DNA of 35,439 nt from Octopus sinensis (lineage: Eukaryota), in contig NW_021828103.1 in NCBI RefSeq assembly GCF_006345805.1, positions 1-35,439 on the forward strand, written 5' to 3'. The position numbers and the translations under genes are program-made. Shown here piece after piece: positions 22,802-33,252 of this stretch; within the stretch, counting starts at the first letter, position 1, and each line of letters opens with the position of its first letter. The notes under the pieces were generated by a model, which saw nothing but the letters and a program-made list of their open reading frames with translations, made no database searches and had not been told where the DNA came from.

Positions 22802-23137
22802 GTTGCACACTGTACGCATTAGGCACTCTTTTACGTGCACCTCGTCTGGCCTTATTTACTGCATTAATGCACCCTTGCGGGATGCTGTATGTAGGACAGA
22901 GGGACGCCGGTTGTCCGACCGTTTCACTGAACACTTGAGGGACGTTCGCCTACACTCTCTTTCTCTTCCGTCGCACGCCACTTCCGCTCGCCGGCCATTC
23001 CCTAGAGGACATCTCAGTGTTTGGTCTCGCCCCCCACCATGGTCGCCCACTTTCCAGGCTCCACTTGGAGCAACGCTTACATCTTCACCCTACAAACTAC
23101 CACCCCACACGGACTTAACACAGCCCCCTCCTCTTGA
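22802..23137 (+). pseudogene. GIY-YIG endonuclease remnant
   Basis: LIY...YVG motif, RF-EH and the C-terminal E...GLN, spread over several frames. Confidence 0.85.
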
Positions 23138-23169
23138 GATCCGTTTTTTTTGTTTTTTTTTTTTGTGGA

Positions 23170-25940
23170 CACACCACCCACACCACCCACCCCCTACCTC
23201 CACACGCACACACCCACCCACACCTACCTCCCACACCCCACCCCACCTCCCACACGCTGTTCACACACACACATACGTAGACCCATCTACGTACATACAT
23301 TCACACATTTAATCACACACACTTACAGACATACTAACACACACTAACATACAAACCAACATGCACATACACACACACATACATACATATATACGCACAC
23401 ACATACATACTTACACACACACACACACACACACACACACGACATACATACACACATACACACACACATACATACGCACACACTCACACACACACACCGC
23501 ACGTACATACTTCACACACACACATGCAAACATACATGTAGGCACATACATACATACATACCTACACATGCACACCCTTACACTGAATGCACACACACAT
23601 ACACCTTTTTGCATCCAGGCAGCCCCCCCCCCTCTTTTCTGCTTTCCGGTTTTGGCTGATGGATCCTCGGTTCCCGCGCAGCGGGGCGTTCGAGGGCCTT
23701 TGCGCTCGCGCGCCTTGGCGCCCGCTGGGGGCTTGGTCGGCCCCTTGGGCTTGCGTTGTACTGCTTGTGCGTTGTGTGCGTGAGCGCGCTTCGTGTGTGT
23801 GGGCTTGCTTCGGATGTGCGCGTGCGTATGTATGCATACATACCCACACACTCGCATGCATCCCTACCCACATACATACACGCACACCTACTCACACACA
23901 CACATACACACACATACCTGCACACACACACACATACATACATACACATACATACCTACTTCAGACATACACACACAGACATACACCCATACACTCACAC
24001 TCACAACGCATACACACACACACATACACACGCACACGTACACATACACACACACACCCACACCTACATACATACATTACACTTGTATACACACACACTT
24101 ACATTCATACACACACACACCTACACAGCCATACCCTCACTCAGACACACACATCTACCTACACACACACACACACAACACACACGGACACACACCCATA
24201 CATACATACATCTACACACACACGCCTACACACATACATACACACATACATAAACACACACACATACACTATACACACATACGCACACACACATATACTT
24301 ATATACACAATCCACCCACACACATACATACATACACCCATATACATACACACACACATACCCACATACTCTATACGCACATACATACACACAGACATAC
24401 CCCATACACACTCACACAAACATACACAACACATACTTACACACCACACTCACCTGCACGCGCACAACACATGCATGACAAACACCCATCACTCACACTC
24501 ACATACGCACACAGCCAACATAAACAAAACACGCACACGCACACGCACACACACACCTACACTCCCACACACATACACACGCACCTACATACACACACGC
24601 ACGCATACACACGCATACACACGCATACACGCATACACACATACATTACACCGTACACACACACCTACATACACCTGCATACACACACACACACAAACAT
24701 GCACGGACACACCCAGACATACACACATACCCTATATACAACACAGCCCACACACCTACTTACACACACATATACACACGCCCACACACCTACATACCAC
24801 ACATACATACACACACATACACGGACACACCCATACATACTTACATACATACACTATACACACACGCCTACACACCTACATACACACACATGCATACACA
24901 CACACACCACATGTACGCACATACACACACATATACGCATACATATATACCCACAACACATGCACACACACACACACACATACGCACATGCAGCATGCAT
25001 GCATGCACACGCGCACGCATACACACACACCACGCACGTACACATACATACATACACACACGCATACATACACACCCACACACATACATGCATCCTACAC
25101 ACACATACATACACCACTCACACATACATACACACACAGCACACTCACTCACACACCTGTATGTACGCGCACACACATGCACATACACACACTTCCCCAC
25201 ACCCACACGTACATACATACACACTCACACACATACACCACACACACACACACGGACATACATCTATGCACACACATACATACACACATCACATAATTCA
25301 TACTACATTCATCGGACACACTGCCACCCCGGACATACACACAGACACACTCACACATCCACACCATACATACATACGCGCATACTCGCAGGCGCGCCAC
25401 GCACGCTGCTTGCGGCCGGTTCGCGCACGCATACCCCGCCGCAGGCACCTCGCTCTTGGACCCGACAAGACCTCCCGCCCCGTTCCTGAGACCGTCGCGT
25501 GTCGTTGGGTTTTTCCCACGCCCGTCTCCGCGGGACCACTCCTTCCATCTTCCCCTCAGCTGGAGTCCTTTTTCTTAACCACCCCCCCCCCTTTTTCGTT
25601 ACACACACGCGCACACATATACACACTTGCTTAAATATACATTACTCTTACACACATTCAATCTACTCGCCATTAATACCACCACGACACTGGATACACA
25701 CACACACTACTACTCAACACACGCTGGCACGCTACATACGCCCCCACCCCTTCCCCTCCCTCCCCTCCTCCTTCCTTCTTTTTCTTACTACTGACCTTGT
25801 CTTCTAAGCTGACCACTAGTCTCTCGCCCTACCTCACACGCCTACACACAGACGCACAACACTAACACACACATATATTTTTTGTGTTTTTTTCATCTCG
25901 CCTCACACACATACCGCATACCACACACGCACACGCACAA
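23170..25940. repeat. Degenerate (CA)n/(CATA)n tract with GC-rich interruptions
   Basis: Seen directly. Source of the His/Thr-rich ORF calls. Confidence 0.95.
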
Positions 25941-26130
25941 CACTCACACATACACACACATCTGTTGCGTTACCACCTTATCTCCACTCTTTTGCCTTTA
26001 AAACCCACTTTGCTCTGTTTTCGTAAACATCCGCCTTTCACCATGTGCAACTCGTAAACACCAGTCGTCTTTTTTCTCTCTTTCCGTTGCCCGCTCTGGG
26101 ATCTTTCTTTCCTCTCTCTTCCTTCTTTAT

Positions 26131-26165
26131 GTTTCCGACGAAGAGCTCCGCTCGAAACGTCATAC
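26131..26165 (+). ncRNA. Variant hammerhead-like motif (U4C, extra A before stem II)
   Basis: GTTT-CCGACGA-A-GAGC(TCC)GCTC-GAAA-CG-T-C-ATAC. GUC triplet, imperfect stem I. Confidence 0.55.
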
Positions 26166-26259
26166 CTCCTGCTTCCTCCATTTCCTGAGCGCCTATTAAT
26201 AATAATACTGTAATTGTTCCATTGTTGTTGTGTTTTTGTTTTCCCGTTTGGATTAAAAT

Positions 26260-26293
26260 TATATATATATATATATGTTATATATATATAATG

Positions 26294-26344
<51 letters not shown>

Positions 26345-26481
26345 TATATATATATGGTGTGTGTGTGTGTATATGTTATATATATATGTAATATATATAT
26401 ATATGTATATATATATATATGTATATGTATATATATATATATGTATATATTATATATATATGTATATGTTATATATATATG

Positions 26482-26530
<49 letters not shown>

Positions 26531-26628
26531 GTATATATATATTATATGTATATATATATATATGTATATATATATATGTTATATATATATATATATAATA
26601 TATATACATATATATATATATATGTATG

Positions 26629-26680
<52 letters not shown>
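26260..26680. repeat. (TA)n/(TATATG)n microsatellite
   Basis: Seen directly. Confidence 0.97.
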
Positions 26681-26682
<2 letters not shown>

Positions 26683-27140
26683 ACGCTGGTGGGAAGGGTT
26701 GGCTACACGCTGGTGGGAAGGGGTTGGTGACACAAACTTTCATTCACACACTTTGAATTTTGGTGATATTGGTAACGGTTTTAGCTCGCTCTGATACTGA
26801 GTTGAGATGATGCCTTCTAGGATCTCGAAATTTAATATACAATTATTCATAATTGTAGTGTCCTACGCTGATGAGAAAGAAGTTGGGTAAGACATAATTA
26901 TCTAATTCTTATGCTTTCCTAAAACTTAATTTCGAAACGTACGTCCGTAGGTGACTTAAATTTGTATGATAGATTGCTGTCATTTCTTTCTCTCTTGCCT
27001 GTCTGTGTTTGCCTTTCAAGTGCTGCGGTTTTACTGAGATCTCCCTTTTTGTAGAATGGAATAGCTGTAACTCTTTGACTGCTATTTCTAAATTCGGTGT
27101 GTGGTGAGGCAAATCGTTGCTAACCCTTAATTACTTAGTA
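26681..27140 (+). mobile_element. ~460-bp HHR-containing element in (TA)n; solo PLE pseudo-LTR or non-autonomous element
   Basis: Canonical HHR inside. The 3' end is homologous to 22355-22439. (TA)n lies on both sides and there is no RT. Confidence 0.65.
26862..26951 (+). ncRNA. Canonical type I hammerhead ribozyme with 59-nt stem II
   Basis: CCTACG-CTGATGA(26868-74)-GAAA...TTTC-GAAA(26934-37)-CGTACG-T-C(26945)-CGTAGG: perfect 6-bp stem I, palindromic stem III ACGTACGT, GUC triplet. Confidence 0.92.
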
Positions 27141-27152
27141 TATTATATATAG

Positions 27153-27251
<99 letters not shown>

Positions 27252-27258
27252 GTATATA

Positions 27259-27304
<46 letters not shown>

Positions 27305-27325
27305 ATATATATATAGTATATATAT

Positions 27326-27378
<53 letters not shown>

Positions 27379-27428
27379 GTACATATATATATATAAGTAT
27401 ATATATATGTATATATATATATATATAA

Positions 27429-27462
<34 letters not shown>

Positions 27463-27466
27463 ATTA

Positions 27467-27909
27467 TTGTATGCGGTGATATACATCTGGAAAATCCTGG
27501 AGGGTCTTGTCCCAAACTTTGGCATTCAAAGTTACTCCAACCGCAGAACGGGGCGCCACTGCATGGTGCCAAGCATTCCAACATCACCATCAAAATACAG
27601 GTCCAGATACTGTCACAGCTTGGGTTTCAGAGGACCACAGCTCTTTAACATCCTCCCTAAATACCTGAGAGACTTACATGGTGTGGATGTGGGTTTCTTT
27701 AAAACTAAACTGGATCTCTTCTTGTTGGGAGTCCCAGATGAGCCTACCTCGCTACAGGAGACGCGGATGCGGGCAGCAGCATCGAACTCCCTTGTTGATC
27801 AAGTGCCACGTATCAGAGGTAGATTCACAAATTAGTGTAGCTCATTCAGCGGTGGTGCCCCAGCATGGCCGCGACCTTCGGGCTAAAACATTTTGAAGGA
27901 TTTAAGATT
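27467..27909 (+). mobile_element. 3' end of a CR1-like LINE (related subfamily)
   Basis: [16 protein letters not shown]...GPQLFNILP...GVPDEPT...RAAASNSL*, then GGTGCCCCAGCATGGCC as in the 20.6-kb copy. Confidence 0.9.
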
Positions 27910-27955
27910 AATATATATATATATATAATATTTGTTATATATATATATATTATAT

Positions 27956-28008
<53 letters not shown>

Positions 28009-28025
28009 GTATATATATATAAATG

Positions 28026-28062
<37 letters not shown>

Positions 28063-28134
28063 ATATATATAATTTATATGTATATATAATTTATATGTAT
28101 ATATATATTTATATGTATATATATATATATGTAA

Positions 28135-28167
<33 letters not shown>

Positions 28168-28209
28168 TATAAAAAGTTGAGTTGTGGGGTATCGCACGAG
28201 TGGGATTAT

Positions 28210-29506
28210 ATAAGAAAAAAGGTTTGAAAATGCATTTAAACGATGTTTATTTACTTAACCGGTTTCACATCTTTGGTAAAAGATTGTCAAAAGTTACATT
28301 TAAGGAAACATTGAATAATATGGGTTCAAAAAATTTTTACATAATTGTCACATTGAGTATTATGCATTCAAAAAGGTTTTTACATAATTGTCACATTGAG
28401 TATTATGCATTCAAAAAGGTTTTACATAATTGTCACATTGAGTATTATGCATTCAAAAGGTTTTTACATAATTGTCACATTGGATATTATGAATTCAAAA
28501 ATGTTTTTTTATACATAATTGTCACATTACATGTATAGATATAGTGTTTGGTAACAGAGAAGTTCAATAGTGTGATGAGAATATTTGGGAAAATTGGCAG
28601 AAAAGGATAAAACAAATATATTATTGGGAATTGGTTGCGTTAATTATTGGTTGTCGCAAATTGTCACATTACATGTATATATATACAATCTTCGGTATAT
28701 ATATACCAGCCTTTTGACAGCAAAAATTAGAATGGCTTTTTTATACATCTCAGAATATTTTAAGTACAAGGCGAGAATATGTTTTACTGACCTGTTGGGA
28801 TTAGCAGAAAGGCTGAACTGAGAGAACAGAGGAAGTAGCCAATGTGGTGTATACTTCCCCTTTATGCATGAATGATTTTGGGGTTATCAGGAGGTTAGTA
28901 TGCGGGTGTGAATAGATGTGTCCGTGCCCGCTGGTCAGATAGCGTCTGTTTGTCACACACGTATATACACAACACACACACCCACACCAACACACACCAC
29001 ACACACACACATAGTAAACAAACACACACCACATACAAACAACACACACACACACATTTGCGACAACCAATAATTAACGCAACCAATTCCCAATATATAT
29101 TTGTTTTATCCTTTTCTGCCAAATTTTCCCAATATTCTCATCACACTATTGAACTCTCTGTTACCAAACACATATCTATACATGTAATGTGACAATTATG
29201 TATAAAAAAACATTTTTGAATTCATAATATCCAATGTGACATTATGTAAAAACCTTTTGAATGCATAATACTCAATGTGACAATTATGTAAAAACCTTTT
29301 GAATGCATAATACTCAATGTGACAATTATGTAAAAACCTTTTGAATGCAAATACTCAATGTGACAATTATGTAAAAAACTTTTTTGAACCCATATTATTC
29401 AATGTTTCCTTAAATGTAACTTTTGACAATCTTTTACCAAAGAGTGAAACCGGTTAAGTAAAATAAACATCGTTTAAATTGCATTTTCAAACCTTTTTTT
29501 TCTTAT
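28210..29506. repeat. 1.3-kb fold-back element: 452-bp inverted arms with internal ~42-bp tandem repeats and a 394-bp spacer
   Basis: 28210-28661 is the reverse complement of 29056-29506. TACATAATTGTCACATT recurs at 28338, 28381, 28423, 28465 and 28512. Confidence 0.93.
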
Positions 29507-29509
29507 TAC

Positions 29510-29626
29510 TATATTATATATATATATATTATATATATATATATATATAATAGTTATATATATGTAATATAATATATATAATATATATGTATATATATAT
29601 ATATGTGTATAATATACATATATATG

Positions 29627-29657
<31 letters not shown>

Positions 29658-29935
29658 GTATATATATATATATGTATATATATATATGTATATATATATA
29701 TGTATATATATATTTATATTGTTATATAATATATATATGTATGTATATATATATATATATATATTTGTATATATATATATATGTATATAATATATATGTA
29801 TATATATATATGTATATATATAATGTATATATATATATAACATGTATATATATATATGTATATATTTATATTATATTATATATATATGTATATAGATATA
29901 TTATATGTATATATATATGTATATTAATATATATG

Positions 29936-29967
<32 letters not shown>

Positions 29968-30027
29968 CATATATATATGTATATATTATATATGTATATA
30001 TATATATATGTATGTATTATATATATG

Positions 30028-30063
<36 letters not shown>

Positions 30064-30164
30064 TATATATAGATATATATATATATGTATGTATATATAT
30101 ATATTATGTAATATATATATATGTATATATATATATATATGTATATATTTATATATATATACCT

Positions 30165-30195
<31 letters not shown>

Positions 30196-30212
30196 TACAT
30201 ATATATATATAC

Positions 30213-30243
<31 letters not shown>

Positions 30244-30284
30244 CCTATATATATATATATACATAGATATATATATATATATAG

Positions 30285-30333
<49 letters not shown>

Positions 30334-30542
30334 CATATATATATATATATATACATTATATATATATACATATTTATAAATATATATATAATATATATAT
30401 ACATATATATTATATTAATATACATACATATATATATATACATATATATAAAATTATATATATATATCATATATACAAATATATATATATATATATATAT
30501 TAATCCTTAAATCCTATATATAAACATATATATATATATATA

Positions 30543-30578
<36 letters not shown>

Positions 30579-30593
30579 GTACATATATATATG

Positions 30594-30650
<57 letters not shown>

Positions 30651-30680
30651 GTATAATATATATATATATATGTATTATAT
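29510..30680. repeat. (TA)n-based microsatellite, ~1.2 kb
   Basis: Seen directly. Confidence 0.98.
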
Positions 30681-30681
30681 T

Positions 30682-30691
30682 CAAGATGGCG
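30682..30691 (+). promoter_or_regulatory. YY1-like motif at the possible 5' end of the LINE
   Basis: CAAGATGGCG is the first non-microsatellite sequence after the TA tract. Function is inferred only. Confidence 0.3.
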
Positions 30692-31227
30692 CTGAACTAA
30701 CAACAAGTGTGTTTTACGTGTCTCTCCTAAAGATTAAAGAGTCCTTCCAGAGATCGATGGTATCAGAAGCGAAATTGTCTGCAAAGTGAATATAAGTGAG
30801 TGTACAACAAGTCACTGTATTTGAGAAGAATATTTTCGCTTTTGATATAGTATTTGCAACTAGAACATACTCGCGAATACATGTGTTAAAAAAAGCACGT
30901 GTGTTACTTCCCGAAATCGAAGTGAATTTTATTCTTTGTCTGTGAATCAACAAGACACAGTATTTTTGAGAAGGATATTTTCGTTTTTGATGTATATCTG
31001 CGTGTTCTGAAAGCCTCTGAAAAATTTGCAGTTTAATACCAAATCGCTTAGGAAAATATAGAAAGTATCGTTAAACTGTTGCATGTACGAAATCGGAACT
31101 CAAATTCCAGTTGTTTACAAAATACGATTAAGGAATATAAAGGGTCTATCTTATCTATCTATCTTCCTTTCTTATAAAAAGGAATCACGTAAGTATTCTC
31201 TCAGCCGGTAAGGTAAGGAAGATTTTA

Positions 31228-31475
31228 TTTATTTGTTATCATTAGTGTTCTTTCAAACAGAAAATAATAATTAAACAAGATATAAAAATACGCGCTATTC
31301 TATCTTTATAATCTTGATAATTTCGTCCTCCGTACCTGCCACACACTCTCTCCTTCTCTTTCTTACATTTCTATTTCTCTCATACAGTTTTATTATTTGT
31401 TATTATTAGTGTTCTTTCAAACAGAAAATAATAATTAAAAAAGATATAAAAATACGCGCTATTCTATCTTAATAA
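31228..31475 (+). repeat. ~85-bp direct repeat pair
   Basis: ATTTGTTAT(C/T)ATTAGTGTTCTTTCAAACAG...ATACGCGCTATTCTATCTT at about 31228-31310 and about 31393-31475. Confidence 0.85.
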
Positions 31476-31549
31476 TCTCTTCTTCTCTTTCTTACATTTC
31501 TATTTCTATCTCTCTCATACAGTTATACCTTATCTGTCTCCATCCACCA

Positions 31550-32340
31550 GACCCTCTATTTCCGATCTCACTCTCCCCTCCTCCTCTCTCCTCCCTCTGC
31601 CATCGTTTTCTCTTTCTGCATCTCTCTCAGATCAACTTTCTCTCACCTCACCCCCTCTCAGTTCCTCAACTTCACTCATTCTCTCTTGTATCTATATACC
31701 GCCCTCTTCTCTCTCTCTCTGTTACTCCTCCCCCTCCCTCTCTCTGCCTCTTTCCTCTCCGCTCCTTCACAGGTCAAACCCCTTTTCCTCTCCCCTTCTG
31801 TCCCCTTATTTCTTTCTTTCTACACACCCCCTCCCTGTCCCTTTACTACACTCTCTCGCCCCCTCTCTCCCCCTCTTCCCCCTTTTTTCTTCCTACCTAT
31901 CTTCTCCCTGCTCCCTCTAAGGCTCACCCCCCTTGTCTCTTTTTTCCTCTCTCTGTCTCCTTCCTCCACACCACCCTCTCTGTCCCTTTACTTCATTCCC
32001 TGGTACCTCTATCCTGCCCTCTCTATCCCTCCCTCTCCATTTCATCTCTCTCTCTTCCTCTCCATTTTATCTCTCCGCCTTTCTTCTCCCTGCTCCCCCT
32101 GGGGTCCATCCTCTTGTCTCTCTTTTCCACCCTGTCCCTTTCTACTACACCTCTATCCCGCTCACTCTCCCCCTGCTGACCTGCCATTCTTTCTCCTTTC
32201 TCTTTTTTCCCTCTTATTTTCTCTCTTTCTCTCTTCTCTCAGGACAATCCCCTCGTCTCTCTCTCTATCCCCCCCCCTGACTTTTCTCCTTTCTCTTCTC
32301 CCTCTCCATCTTATCTCTCTCTCTGTTCCTATATTTCACT
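31550..32340. repeat. Polypyrimidine (CT-rich) low-complexity tract
   Basis: Seen directly. Source of the L/S/P/F-rich ORF calls. Confidence 0.95.
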
Positions 32341-32348
32341 AGAAGAAA

Positions 32349-33252
32349 ATGGCAAGAAACTGGTCTGCGAGAGAGGTGCAATTGTTCGTCCGCGCTTGGA
32401 AGATTGCTGAGGACGACTCGCCGAACAATATTATTGCTGCGGCGCTGAAAAGCAACAAATTTTCGAGAACCACCGCCCAGATAGAGCGAAAGAAGAGAGA
32501 ATTTATCCGTTCGTACGCTCTAATCAGGCAACATGTAGACACTCTGGACATCATCCTGGGAGGTGACGGCACCAGGGAGGGCCAAAAGGATGAAGAAAGC
32601 ATCCAGAACCAAACAGAGAAGCCTGGAAAACAGGGAAACGATGACACATGTCCAGCTTCCAACACCACAACTGAAGACCAAAGAGATGCGATGGCCGCAA
32701 GAAAGGAAAGGCACCCTGGAATTGATGGGAAGCAGGAGGTAAAGGGTGACAGAATCAAGGCTAAAGGAAGCCCTGTCCAGAGAAAGCAGAGGGACCCCAG
32801 CAAAAACTGTAAGGGCAGGGAAAGAAACACCTGCAAATTCTACCTGAGGGGGGACTGCTGGTACGGCGTCGAAGGTGCAAACTGTCGCTTTGCACATCGG
32901 AGGCCCTACCAAAACCGCACGGACGCGAGACAGAGGTCCCTCCCTCACGGAGAACAAAAGCAAAAAGAAAAAGTTAAGAGAAGGGAAAAAAGCGCACTGA
33001 CCACTACTGAAAGACGGTATGCAGATTTGGTGCGCGGAAACCCAACAGGTGGTCAGCTTCACCCATATATGAGAAGGGCGGCAGCTGAACAGCAATCTTT
33101 TTTGTGCATGGCACAAAAAAATTGTTCAGCAGCTGACCTGGCTACAAGCACAAAGCTGGAACTACCACCACATAAGGCCACCTCCAACAGATGCAGGATG
33201 GCCACCACAGACACCAACACCAACACACACACCACAAAAATATTTCTACTGA
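32349..33252 (+). CDS. LINE ORF1 with Myb/SANT-like N-terminus and CCCH zinc finger
   Basis: RNWSAREVQLFVRAW...RTTAQIERKKREFIRSY and CKFYLRGDCWYGVEGANCRFAH (32832-32897). The end coordinate assumes one extra A in the run at 33115-33121. As assembled it reads to 33341. Confidence 0.7.

Larger units (their letters stand above)
22802..26260 (+). mobile_element. 5'-truncated Neptune-like PLE: GIY-YIG remnant, ~3-kb CA-rich 3' region, HHR-like terminus
   Basis: FTCTSSGLIYCI...GMLYVGQ...GRRLSDRFTEHLRDV...EQRLIFTLQTTTPHGLN* (stop 23135-37). HHR-like motif at 26131. That everything between belongs to one element is inferred. Confidence 0.65.

Noticed and set aside
28338-28530. Regularly spaced 42-bp repeats resembling a CRISPR array
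   Set aside because: The units are contiguous with no unique spacers, the context is eukaryotic and there are no cas genes. It is a minisatellite.
550-30789. Long Y/I/M-rich, H/T-rich and L/S/P-rich ORFs (e.g. 733-1683, 23793-25634, 31686-32342)
   Set aside because: These are translations of (TA)n, (CA)n and CT-rich tracts, which lack stop codons in some frames.
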